This document shows positions 50,320-63,624 of a stretch of DNA of 64,000 bases, one piece after another. The DNA is from Octopus sinensis (Eukaryota). The translations under genes were made by a program, and so were the position numbers. Position 1 is the first letter of the stretch, and the number at the start of each line of letters is the position of its first letter. The stretch covers positions 23,312,001 through 23,376,000 of the forward strand of contig NC_043003.1 in NCBI RefSeq assembly GCF_006345805.1. The letters are read 5' to 3'. The notes beneath the pieces are model-generated. The model was not told the DNA's origin. It saw only the letters and a program-made list of their open reading frames with translations, and searched no databases.

Positions 50320-50929
50320 ATATATATATATATATATACGCAGATAAACGCAAAGAACACGCACGCACACATACATTCATAATTGTGCTCCTCATGGGCA
50401 CATTGTTGTGTGTGTTTATGTGTGTGTGTGTGTATGTGCGTGTGTGCGTGTGTGTGTCTGTATTTACATATTTCTATATACACAAACATATTCACACAGG
50501 CACTGACACACAGTTACATATATGCATGGACACACTTTCGTGTGTGTGTGTGTGTGTGTGAGTCTACCATTAAAAACTTCATGAATGCCAAGTCACGCCT
50601 CAACAATCATAGCTAGGTACCCTCTGAGGATATAATTGTGAGTTTCTCGTGTTTATCAGATGCTTACGAATCAAACTTATTATTTTAATCAGGTAAAAAC
50701 TTGGAAAGAAACGTAGCTAACATTATTAATAATTATTGGTGTAAAATATAAAGTTACATTCAAAAGAATTTAGACGTAAATGAATGATTTATAAAATATG
50801 TATGGTTTACTGGAGCATTATAAATAGAACACAATTAGTAAATAATGTAAAATCCTTCCAGAGATGTCTGTGAGAAATTCTGTTTGAGATTGAAATGTTT
50901 ACTCAAAGTTTCTTTCACAAAGTAATGCA

Positions 50930-51098
50930 TAGGCGCAGGAGTAGCTGCGTGATAAGTAGCTTGCTTACCAACCATACGGTTCCGAGTTCATTCCCACTGC
51001 GTGGCACCTTGGGCAAGTGTCTTCTACTATAGCCGCGGACCCACCAAAGACTTGTGAGTGGATTTGGTAGACAGAAACTGAAAGAAGCCCGTCGTATA

Positions 51099-51149
<51 letters not shown>

Positions 51150-51396
51150 TTGTGTGTGTGTGTGTGTATGTTTGTGTGTCTGTGTTTGTCTCCCCAACAT
51201 CACTTGACAAACGATGCTGGTGTGTTTACGTCCACGAAACTTAGCGGCTCGGCAAAAGAGACCGATAGAATAAGTACTAGGTTTCCAAAGAATAAGTCCC
51301 GGGGTCAATTTGCTCGACTAAAGGCGGTGCTTCAGCATGGCCGCAGTCAAATGAGTGAAACAATTAAAAGAGTAAAAGAGCAAAGAGTAAAAGAGT
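50930..51396 (+). mobile_element. SINE family B; inverted diverged partner at about 51640-52027
   Basis: Full-length match. Confidence 0.85.
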
Positions 51397-52793
51397 ATAG
51401 AAAAATAGAGGTATCTGGGAACGTTTTGTTGTCTTTCTCGATATGTCTGCTTCTCTTTAAAGAGATCGGATAGATTTGTGCGAAAATATTATTCCAGACA
51501 CAAATAAAGTTGGAACAACCTCCAAAAATTATATGACGTGTGTTTACGAATGGATGTACATGTTAATGCACCTTTTATGTTCAAACACACCCACACCCAC
51601 AAAAACATGCACACACATACACAAACGTATATATTCTGTTATTCTTTTACTTTGTTTCAGTGATCAGGCTGTGGTCATGCTGAGTCACCGCCTTAAAGAA
51701 TTTTAGTCGAAGGAATCGACCCGAGATGTTTTTTTATCTCTCGTACTTATTCTATTGGTTAAGACGCTAAGTTACTAGGACGTAAACACACCAACACCGG
51801 TTGTCAAGCAGTGGTGCAGAACGAGTACAGACACTAAGACAAATACAGACATATACATCTATGACATACCTCTTTCAGTTTCCGTACACCAAATTAACTC
51901 ACAAGAGTTTGGTCGACCCGTAGCTATTGTAGCAGACACTTGCCCAAGGTGCCAAGCAGTAGGAATCAATCCGGAACCAGATTGTTGGGACGCAAACTTC
52001 CTACTCCACAGCAACGCCTGCGCCTGTATATATACATTATACATGTTAATATATGCATCAATTATATCTTATATAAAACTAATTTAACAGTAATTTAAAG
52101 GGTTATTCTAAAGGTTTTAGTAAAATACCATTTCACTTTACTTGTCATCACTGACAACTAAGTCAAACCTACGAAGTCCTTGTCAGCTTTACTTATAAAG
52201 TGTCGGGTTTTATTTCTCAAGACATATTTTTGAAAAAAAAATACATATTTTAAACATTTATATCTCTAGTCCCCAATGGGGTTGGAGAATCATCACCAAT
52301 GTTTTTCTTCTAGACTACATGTTTTTCTAGTTGGCTGTTTTGAAACGAATACCGCCTCACGCTAGGGTCCACCTTTTGGGGGTCTTTTTGCCGGAGGCCA
52401 ATTAACCATGCGGAATGGATTTTGAGATCATCTCATATGACTTACGACGTAAATGACTCAGCGGAAGCATCGTTGCTGCTGTAGGATGGACCTCGAGTGT
52501 AACGTAACGGGAAACAGAATTTGGAAGTTTGTGACACTTTTTGCCCACTTCATGTTGGTAAACTTTCTCAGGCTGTGTTGGTGCAAGGCTTAGAAGCACA
52601 TACACACACAGCCGTTTGCCTAATCAGAAATATTGAGTTAAATGTAAATAGCACATAGTAATAGCTATGATAATGAAGTTTAAGAATGTAAACAAATCCT
52701 TCCTATGCATTCCATGTGAGCGGAAGTGGTGGGTTTAGAGTGAGAACACCCATGTCTTTTCTCTATACATGGAAATCGTAAACCTACAAGGTA

Positions 52794-53359
52794 TTGAGTT
52801 GTCCGAAAAGTTCGTGCCGATTTTTAAAGTAAAGAAAAAGGTCAATAAATACTTCCCATTACATTTTAATCAACCAAATATGAACCATTTTGTTGTACAA
52901 TGAGTCTCCATCTTTCCTTAAACTTGAAAATACCGCCTTCCCAGAATTGAGGTGGTTTCATGGCAAAGAATTCATCAAGGTATCATTTTACGCCATCCAA
53001 GGAATTCAAATTTTTACCATTAAGACTCTTCTGCAAAGACCTGAATAAGTGGAAATCCGAAGGAATAATATCTGGTGAACATGGAGGGTGGGGGTAACAC
53101 ATCCCAGCCGAGCTGCAGCAATTTTTGTCTGGTTTCCAAAGCATCAAGTGCCGGAAATGAACTTTCTTATTTTCCATTTTAAAGGGTTACAAAATTAGCA
53201 CAGGTTATAGGAACATAAACCTTCTTCCACGAAAACATAGTTTAAACTGTGCTCTAAATGGATGTGTAGTCAAATCCTCTTTGATGGACTGAACCATGTT
53301 CTAAAATAAGTCGAAATGTAAGCTACTATAAATCGGCACGAACTTTCCGGACAACCCAA
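52794..53359 (-). mobile_element. Internally deleted mariner element, copy 3
   Basis: Same TIRs and TA flanks; ORF 52983-53177 MENKKVHFRHL...HPPCSPDIIPSDFHLFRSL. Confidence 0.92.
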
Positions 53360-53939
53360 TATTTTCAGAGTTTATTGTCATAGCTAAGTCTTTCTGATAT
53401 TGAAATACATAATTCTTTCTCTTCCTTACACACACATACGCTCGCACTCACACTCGTACGCACAATGCACAGACACAAACGCGCGCACACACACACACAC
53501 ACTCACACGTAGGCATAGTATTTAATATTATAATACATGCATGGGTCACATGCAGTACATGGAGATTCCTAGCCAGTCGCAGTTATAGAGGTCTACTGCA
53601 GGAAAAAGAAACATCGATGCTAACCCCATAACTGCACCGAATCATTTAACTCTTCAAGGGGAACGACTGTGCTAGAATAATTAGGCGATTTTTGTAAAAG
53701 AAAGCCATTATATAAGCGTGAAAATTGTGTGTCGTTACGGTTAAAATTAAAATTTAAAATGAAAATTAAAGATTTTTTAATTTTTAATTTCCAGTTACAA
53801 AGAGAGAGACAGAGTGACAGAGAGAGAGAGAGAAAGAGTCAACAGACAGAGGAGATTATATTTCCATTTAATTTCAGTTGCCTGTTTAACTGTCAATTGC
53901 ACAAGATCTTGATTAGGTCGGGAGCGATGAAAACCTTTC

Positions 53940-54060
53940 GAAAACTTTGCATAGGAATCTGAGCAGGTATCGCCAACCTTTTGGCAAAATTTGATGCAGA
54001 TTCTGTGCTCATCTTTCTCTGTCATGGTCAATGCGACGATCACACGTTACAGACCTTTCT
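53940..54060 (-). mobile_element. Mariner transposase N-terminal remnant (different family)
   Basis: EHRICIKFCQKVGDTCSDSY resembles the EQR.CIKFC.KLG start of mariner transposases. Confidence 0.55.
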
Positions 54061-54294
54061 TCCAGGCACTGTTGTAAACAACGGAAGTAAACTAGAAATT
54101 TAAAACTTAGTGCGCATACGCAACAGAGATCAAGGTCAATCTGTGCCAAGAGGCTTCTCTTTCCATGCTTTAGCTTCGTTACTATGGTAATAGACCTGAT
54201 ATTTATTGATCACACCACGTATATATATAGTTAAATATATATACATGTATGTATGGATATTATGTATATATATATATATCTATATATATATATA

Positions 54295-54556
54295 TTGGGA
54301 ACTGGTCACAGAGGATATACAGAGCTTCAAACCTTTTCTTATCATTGTCAAAGATTCTATCACTTAATTTGAACACATTTTTGTAAACTAATTTTTGACA
54401 CCATAGAAGATACACAAAACCTGACACTTTTGAAACACTTTTTAAATGAGTAAAACTTGTTAAGTGAATAAATTCTTTTAAATGACCCCTGCATTTTCAG
54501 ATTATTTTCCTTATATTTTTACTCGTGCGGTAACGCCCAGCTTTACTTCTTTATAT

Positions 54557-54628
<72 letters not shown>

Positions 54629-55236
54629 GAACTGGTCACAGAGGATATACAGAGCTTCAAACCTTTTCTTATCATTGTCAAAGATTCTATCACTTAATTT
54701 GAACACATTTTTGTAAACTAATTTTTGACACCATAGAAGATACACAAAACCTGACACTTTTGAAACACTTTTTAAATGAGTAAAACTTCTTAAGTGAATA
54801 AATTCTTTTAAATGACCCCTGCATTTTCAGATTATTTTCCTTATATTTTTACTCGTGCGGTAACGCCCAGCTTTATTTCTTTATATATATATATATTGGG
54901 AACTGGTCACAGAGGATATACAGAGCTTCAAACCTTTTCTTATCATTGTCAAAGATTCTATCACTTAATTTGAACACATTTTTGTAAACTAATTTTTGAC
55001 ACCATAGAAGATACACAAAACCTGACACTTTTGAAACACTTTTTAATGAGTAAAACTTCTTAAGTGAATAAATTCTTTTAAATGACCCCTGCATTTTCAG
55101 ATTATTTTCCTTATATTTTTACTCGTGCGGTAACGCCCAGCTTTACTTCTTTATATATATATATATCTATATATATATATATATCTATATATATATATAT
55201 TATATATATATATATGTATGTATGTATATATATATA

Positions 55237-55318
<82 letters not shown>

Positions 55319-55336
55319 ATATATATATATTATATA

Positions 55337-55410
<74 letters not shown>

Positions 55411-55664
55411 GAACTGGTCACAGAGGATATACAGAGCTTCAAACCTTTTCTTATCATTGTCAAAGATTCTATCACTTAATTTGAACACATTTTTGTAAAC
55501 TAATTTTTGACACCATAGAAGATACACAAAACCTGACACTTTTGAAACACTTTTTAAATGAGTAAAACTTCTTAAGTGAATAAATTCTTTTAAATGACCC
55601 CTGCATTTTCAGATTATTTTCCTTATATTTTTACTCGTGCGGTAACGCCCAGCTTTACTTCTTT
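54295..55664. repeat. Four near-identical 258-bp units separated by variable (TA)n spacers
   Basis: Units at about 54295-54552, 54625-54882, 54896-55152 and 55407-55664; spacers of about 72, 13 and 254 nt. Confidence 0.95.
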
Positions 55665-57499
55665 ATATATATATATATGTGTGTGTATATATATGTATAT
55701 ATTTTTTCGCGCCCTTTTCAAGCCTAGCCAGGCTCATGGGCCCGGTTTCCCGGTTTCTATGGCGTATGTGTTACCCAGCTGGACGAGACGACAGTCCATC
55801 GCAGCGTTATTCATTTTTCCCAGCTGAGTGAACTGGAGCAACGTGAAATAAAGTGTTTTGCTCAAGAACACAGCGCGTCCGGTCCAGGAATCGAAACCAC
55901 AATCTTATGATCATGATGCTGATACCCTAACCACTAAGCCATATACGTATAAATTCATGTATATATATATATATATATACATGTGTGTGTGTATTATTAT
56001 ATGTGCCTGTTTTCGTATATGAGTGTGCGTGTGCGTGTTTGTGTGGGAAGTTATAATGGCTTTCTTCAATTTCTATCCGTGTAGTTAATGTCTAAACTCT
56101 TACTCATTAAATGGCAATTAGTTTCTGATGGCATATCTATACAAGGAACAATTACTATGTTTCGGACAACTAGATTATAGTATAATACAAATGCACATTT
56201 CAATTAACTTTTAGGGATTGAGAGTAAAACTCGACCCTCGTGAGAGTTTAGATTCTAAACCGTCGAAAATATAACTTGTAAGGAAAATCCTTAGCTTTAA
56301 TTAAAATGTTTGCATCTTTCAACGTGTGAATTCATTTAAAGTATAGATTGGAAAATGATTACTTATCTCCAATAAGAGTACTTGCAGCATCCATTGATTT
56401 GAATTCGTAAATATCTTGTCGAATGCGTGGTCGAAGATGGCATCAATTTTACCTGAGATGGTTCTTCTGCCCGGCGCTAAGCCATTTCGATATTACATAC
56501 ATTCAATGAATGTTAATGAATCGATAATTTTATTATCATGAAATTATATGATATTGTCATAAAACTTGCTAGCTAACAACATATTCTCACTGAGGAATAA
56601 AATTACCGTTGAATTAGTATTTAAATTACAAAATACGACAAAAGTGTATTAATAACATCTACCACAAATATATCTTGGTTCTGTTTTAATTCTTTAATTA
56701 TAAGTAATTTAACAACACAATTCGTTCGGAAATGCTTGTATAATATCTACTTCTTTAATCTTGAAATATAATAACATATTTTGAAATGAAAAGAGACGCC
56801 TTTACCCAAAATAAAATTTCAAAACACCAGAAAACTGTCTAGGTTTTTCTAAGAACGGTAGTTATCTTACATATATCTTCTATAATTACGAGTCTGTAAT
56901 TATTCATAATAATGTAGAGATTTATCGCGTATATCATACAGTGACAGCAAGTTGATATATCATTTAAGAGAATAGTAATTTAGAATTTAAGATTAGAATT
57001 CAAAGTGAATAACTTCATTACGTTATCGACTATCAGGAATTCTACTGACGTGGGGGATAAAGCATTATACAACCAATTGATAGAAAGCAGAAAATTTCTC
57101 ATCTAAACCTTTAGGTGTTAGCAACTTCTGTTGGACTTTTTAATTTTTTTTATAAAGAAAATGGATGAGATTTTCGTGTGATAATCGATTCGATTTGTGC
57201 TTGTGAAATGTAATAAATCATGTTGTGTTTTTTTTAATCTTATTTGGAACTTTTTGCTACCTTATAAAATTACATGAGAGGCTATGTGGTTCAGATGCGA
57301 GACATTGTTTCAGGCGAATGCTTAATTGCGTTGTTGAAATGCTTACTATACCATTATCATGATTAATCGGTCCGGACCCCGTGTGCTGCTCATAAAAGCA
57401 AATATATCTCTTTCTATATCCATCTAGTGAGTAAAATTTGGTATTGCAAAATTATTAAGAAGCTGAATGTGTAAGTGTACACATATATACGTACACATT

Positions 57500-58060
57500 T
57501 TCTGCTGATGATTTAAAGTTATACTCTGGTTAAATGACCGGTATCAAGAGACAATTAGAACTAGTCACTAAATTCTCACGTGATATAGGAACGGTGTTTG
57601 AGAAAGATAAATTCTCGTACATGACAGTCCACCGAGGAAAGATTGTCGACCCGGCAGAGAGCATGTACATGAACAGTTTGCCCCTCTCCCCTATCTCAAA
57701 TTATGAAAGCTACAAATGCATTGGAATCGATGAAAATATTGCCTACATTGGTGTTGTAACTAAATCCATAATAACAAAAGTGTTCTGTAGACACCTGAAA
57801 ATATGCATGATAGTGTTGTATTTAACAAGACCATATCTAACAATGCTTTTGCAGGACTAGAGATAGTATCGACACATGGGACGTTGGACTGGACACTCGA
57901 TGAGATGTGCAGCCTGGACATCAAAACCAGAAAGGTAATGACCACCACTGGCAACTTCCACTTTAACAGTGATATCGATAGGAATTATGTCAGACGAAGT
58001 GATGATCAGTCCAAACAACTTTTGAATGTCGCATTGTATCACCCAGGCAACCCCGACTGA
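57500..58060 (+). mobile_element. R4/Dong-like RT fragment, frameshifted
   Basis: ADDLKLY...KRQLELVTKFSRDIG...YKCIGIDENIAY and LDWTLDEMCSLDIKTRKVMTTTGNFHFNSDIDR. Confidence 0.78.
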
Positions 58061-58209
58061 ACAGTAAAAGAAAGAAATGAATACATTCCATACAAACTCA
58101 AAACACTGTAAAAGCTGTGTTACATGCTATGGAAAGCTGCAATGGAGACTAAAAAGATGTGGCCAGATGAAGGACATGTACCAAGCCTTCTGTTTCTGTC
58201 TGTACGCGG

Positions 58210-58620
58210 GAATTCATTCCCACGTATTTTAACGGAGCCTTACGATCAAGACGGCTAGATGACACTGCTACAGACTATTGTCAGCAATAGATGGAAAGGG
58301 TTGGATTCGACTCCTTGCCATATCTCCAGAGAAAGTCAAAATTGTTTGTCGGAGAATTTCTACGACTTCACTATATCCAATTTCTGGCCTCTTAATAATC
58401 CCGATTGTAGTACCATGTATGTGTGAAATGTGGCTATGAGAAAAATATCTATCTATTTGCCTGCATCAGTAAGGCAGAGCTGGTGGCCAAGATGAAAGAG
58501 GTATTCGAAGATCTTCTCAAAGACGCAGCGAGAAACGTATGCACCAGGTTCCACAACCGATTTGAGGCCGTGGTGTAAGTTCAGTGCGGCTATTTTGAGT
58601 AAACTGTTATCTCCCAAACA
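58210..58620 (+). mobile_element. maT/DD37D (Tc1-mariner superfamily) transposase remnant
   Basis: DSTPCHISRESQNCLSENFYDF...FWPLNNPDCSTM, with 37 residues after the second D, followed by CTRFHNRFEAVV. Confidence 0.72.
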
Positions 58621-59072
58621 TAATGCAGTTGATACTTTTTTATTATTTTTTTACATCACAGCTTTTCAGAATGGACGTTAACCACATCACTATCATAGAT
58701 ATCAGAGGGCCCAAAAACACCATTTATAGAAACCCTTCTTTCTGAACAATCAAATGAAAATTAAAGAAAAAAAATGTTTATTACAAATGCAGACACATAA
58801 CGAAATTCTTTCATTGATGTCAAAATATACCAATAACCCCTTTACCAATATATGCCCATTCTTTAGATATAAAAAAATCATTTATGAGCATAAAATATAT
58901 AACTTAGTAATGCAATGATATTCAGGTATGCATCTGGTTTATTTTGCCTCCTTTTATATCTCTGGAATCGATAAAATAACTTTTTTATTGATCATAATCT
59001 TCTCTTAATTGTCACTAATAAACTTTGATTGCTATGTTTGACTATGTACGAGGATAAAATTTATCATCATCA

Positions 59073-59119
<47 letters not shown>

Positions 59120-60000
59120 ATCATTATCATCATCATCATCATTACTATTATGGTGGCTAGACGGTGGAACCGTTAACACGCTGGCCGAAATGTTTTCTGG
59201 CATTTCATCCATCTGTACGTTCTGAGTTCAATTTCCACCGAGGTCGATTTTGCCTTTCATCCTTTCGGGGCCGATATATTAAGTACCAGTGTAATCGACA
59301 AGTCCCCTCCGCCATAATTTCAGGATTATTATTATCATTATTGCTATTATTTAATTATTATTACCGTTATTATTGTTGTTATAACTATAATTGTTGTTAT
59401 TATTATTGTTGTTGTTATCATTATTATTGTTATTATTATTAATATTATTGTCATTATTATTATTATTATTGTTATTATTATTTTTGTTATTGTTATTGTT
59501 ATTATTATCATAATTCAGTGAGAGAGCAGCGCATACCATCAGAGTAATACTGGGATAAAATATACAAAACCCAATATACCCATCATGACTGCCCGTCTGA
59601 TAAGAGTATACCAGGTACATGCATCACAACCATATGTGCGTGACATGGTGATCTCATATCAAGATAAACAGCACTTGACCTTGCAGGTGGGAGCCAGTTA
59701 GATTTTCCTTCAGTTTGTGTAGCCTATTCCGCTCAAAAGGTCCCTGAATAAGGGTTGTTTAAGGACGTTGAACGAAACACCCATATTTCCAAATGTGAAT
59801 TATCCAAACCCCAAAGAATTCATCTCAACATATGGCTATGATGTTCCCCCACAACTTCTGCTCCTGATCATAGTTACTTAAATCGTCAGCCACTAAGGGA
59901 CATAATCAACTGGTTAAGGTCAAACAACTGACAAGCAAATCCGTGCTATAGAGGTTTATATTTGCTATGTCCCATTTTATAGTTATTATTATTGTCATTG

Positions 60001-60400
60001 TAAGGCGGCGAGGTAGCAGAAACGTTAGCACGCCGGGCGAAATGCGTAGCCGTATTTCGTCTGCCGTTACGTTCTGAGTTCAAATTCCGCTGAGGTCGAC
60101 TTTGCCTTTCATCCTTTCGGGGTCGATAAATTAAGTACCAGTTACACACTGGGGTCGATATAATCGACTAATCCGTTTGTCTGTCCTTGTTTGTCCCCTC
60201 TATGTTTAGCCCCTTGTGGGTGGTAAAGAAATGGGTATTTTGTCTGTCTTTACGCTCTGAATTCAAATTCCGTCGAGGTCATCTTTACCTTTCATCTTTT
60301 CGGGTCGATAAATTAAGTACCATTTGCATACTAAGATCAATCTAGTCAACTGGCCCCCTCTCCAAAAATTTCGGGCCTTGTGCCAAGAGTAGAAAAGATT
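60001..60400 (+). mobile_element. SINE family A dimer (tail1 then tail2); further decayed copies at about 59150-59325 and 60475-61080
   Basis: TAAGGCGGCGAG head and two cores. Confidence 0.85.
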
Positions 60401-61239
60401 AGTATTGATATTTTTATTATTGTTATTGTTGTAGTTGTTATTGTTATTATTATTGTTGTTGTTAGAGTTGTTGTTAAGGTGGCGGGTTGGCAGGATCGTC
60501 AGTACGTCATACAAAATGCTTAGCGGCATTTCGTCTGTCTTTATGTTCTGAATTCAACTGACATTTGAGTACCGGGGTGGGGTCAGTGTAATCGACTTTC
60601 GCCATCCCTGATATTGCTGACGTTGTGCCAAATGTTAGGCCCCTTATATTCGTGGTATCTAAGCTGGTAGAATCTTGAGCAACTTGGACAAAATACTTAA
60701 ATACTTAGTCGCATTTCATCCGTCTTTACTTTCTGAGTTCAAATCCCAGAGAAGTCGACTCTGCCTTTGATGATTTCAGGGTCGATAAAATAAGTACCAG
60801 TCCAGCACTGGGATCGCTGTAATGAACTAAACCCGGCTCTGAAATTCCTGGGCTTATGCCTGTAGTAGAAAGGATTATTTTAGGTGGTGAGCTAGAAAAA
60901 CTCTTACTGCACGGACAAAATGCTGAGCGACATTTACACCGTGTTTACGTTCTTAGTTCAAATTCCACTGAAGTCGACTTTGCCCTTCATTCTTTCGGTT
61001 TCGATAAAATAAGTACTATTTGAATGCTAATGTAATTGACTAACTATCCCAAGGTGATTTCAGGGTTTGTGCTTAGAATATAATGAGGGGCTAAATCCAT
61101 ACTTTCTTCACAGACACCATTCAGTTTGGATAAAAATCATTCATAGAGCGGAACAGGAAACCACCTGTGACTTGCTGACTTGTTGCAACCCATAAGAGTC
61201 TACTAAAATATTTCGGCGTATATTCTACTAAAATGTATA

Positions 61240-61304
61240 TGGCGTAGTGGTTAAGAGCGACAGGCTACTAACCCCAAGATTCCGAGTTCAATTCCAGGCA
61301 GTGA

Positions 61305-61343
<39 letters not shown>

Positions 61344-61490
61344 CAGCAGCAACATCAAAAAATGTCTTAGAAATGAGAACCAAGGTTCGAAATTTCGCCA
61401 AGACACCTGATGTAGGGTATATCAGCCGAAACGTTGTGTTAACAACATAAAATAAAATGAGGACAAATATCCGTCAAATGTAAATAATGT
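61240..61490 (+). mobile_element. tRNA-headed SINE with an internal (AAT)n tract and a hammerhead-like motif
   Basis: A box TGGCGTAGTGGTTAAG, B box GAGTTCAATTCC, (AAT)n, then ACAC-CTGATG...CAGCC-GAAA-CG-TT-GTGT (61403-61439), then an AATGTAAAT tail. Confidence 0.75.
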
Positions 61491-63149
61491 ATCTATTCAT
61501 TATATTAGTGATATCCGGAAGGCGCACGGCTCAGTGGTTAGGAGCATTAAGTTCACAATCGTAACGTTGTGATTTCAATTTTCAGCGGTGCCTTGTGTCT
61601 TTCAGCAAGACACTTTTTTTCACGTTTCTCCGAATTCGCTCAGCTGGCAAAAATGAGTAGTTCCTGTATTTGAAATGTCCAGCCTTGTAACAATCTGTGG
61701 CAGTCTGAATTTCCTTGAGTCCTACGGGTGGGTGGGTACGTGTATCTGTTGAGTGCTCAGCCATTTGTATGGTAATTTCACGAGCAGAGTGTTTCATTGA
61801 TCGGAATCGACTGGAATACTCGTCGTCGCAACTGACGGAGGAGAAGGAGAAATCACGTGCCTCTCGGGATATTTGAACTCGAAACTAAATTACGTTAGAC
61901 CTTCAGTCGAGTGTTTCATTTCTCCTTTTGCTCGAAAGTAAAATCCGTATGAAATATAAATAAATTACTTTAAATTTAAAAACACAAAATAAATAAGATG
62001 CTTTTGTATCGTAAAAATTAAACGAATAAAAACATATAAAAATATACAAATGCACACAAATATACAGAAAATATTTAACACATGCATAAACGAAGAAACA
62101 TAAACACATACACGATGAACGATACATTGAAGAATACACGAAAACATACGTACACATGCTTAGACGGAGAGAAACGAAGGCAGATACTATAGCACTGCAA
62201 TTCGTCAGTAACAATGATAAGACGTTGCTATTCTACAGTGCATGTCAAGTACCATTGCTGAATAGTTTATTAAATAATTCAATTAGAGTGTCTAGGAAGA
62301 GGTTGTTAATAATTCTACGAGAATTGTTCTCCAATTAATTGTATGTTGATTTAATTAATTCGTTATATCTGCCAGCTTCGCCTGCACAGGCTGCATTTAA
62401 AGGGTTTCTAATGGCAGTAAATCTATTTATTTTTATAGGTTAGAGTTAAACGGTACGCATATGGTTCATATAACTACGCACTCATGCAAGACGCGCGGAC
62501 ACACAGACACACAGACATATAGATGCACATACAGACACACACATGCACACACGCATATATTCATATATGCATAAATGTACTTACGTGAATGTATATATAT
62601 ACATATGTAGGTGGAGGTGCAATGACCCACTGGTTAGGGCAGCGGACTGGCGGTCGGAGGATCGTGGTTTCGATTCCCAGACCGGGCGTTGTGTGTGTTT
62701 ATTGAGCGAAAACATCTAAAGCTCCACGAGACTCCGGCAGTGAGTGGTGGTGACCCCTGTTGTACTCTTTCGCCCCGATATTCTCTCACTCTTTCTACCT
62801 GTTTCTTGAGTAACGCTGCGATGGACTGGCGTCCGTCTAGCTGATGGGGGACACATACGCCATAGAAACCGGGAAAACAGGCCTAGAGGTGTGTAGGTCA
62901 TGTAGACTTATAAGGCCGGTGTCTCCGTTTCCACGGCGTATATACTCCCCATCTGGATGGGACGCCAGATGAGTGGACTGAAGCAACATGAAACGAAGTG
63001 TTTTGCTGAAGAACACAACGCATCACCCTGTCCAGGAACTGAAACCAAAATCTTGCGATCATAAATCCAATACCCCAACCACCAAGCCACGCGCATGTGG
63101 ACGTATGTATGTCATGCCCTTAATTCTTTTAGTGAATGCCCTCTGGCGT

Positions 63150-63620
63150 GATTCAGGGAACAGCAGTATTCGAGGTGTCGCCGTAGAAAGGAGGAGAAAA
63201 GAGGAATGATGACACCTTGTTCTTTGGACCAGAAGGTTCTTAGGATCCAGGAGCTCACCTTACGAGCTATATCGACATTATTGTTGATGTCGGTACTCCG
63301 GATGAGATAGTTGCCAACGATTAGTCCTAGATCTCTGATATGATTAAATGCCGTTAGTACCCCAGAAGAAAGAGAATATGGTATGCATCAGTTCAAATTT
63401 TCCCTCGTTTAATCGCATGTTGTTTTGCAGCATAAATTGTTTTACAGCATATTTAATCGCATTTTCACTTACAGCATATAGATCAGACTGGAGTTCAGTT
63501 CTGTCTTCTTCGCCGTTGTTAATTTTTTGGTTCATGGAGTCATCGGCGAATATTTTCACTTTGCTGTATTTGATGACGCCTGAAAAGTCGTCTATATAGA
63601 CTATAAACAGAAATGGTGTT
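63150..63620 (-). mobile_element. CR1/L2-group LINE RT fragment
   Basis: PFLFIVYIDD...KIFADDS...LQSDL...KFELMH and IRDLGLIV...WILRTF...RRHLEYCC. Confidence 0.8.
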
Positions 63621-63624
63621 TTAC

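Noticed and set aside
54295-55664. CRISPR-like repeat-spacer look
   Set aside because: The repeats are 258 bp, the spacers are pure (TA)n, there are no cas genes and the context is eukaryotic.
61240-61310. tRNA gene
   Set aside because: Only A and B boxes are recognisable and the sequence continues into a repeat body, so it is a SINE head. The same holds for the heads of families A, B and C.
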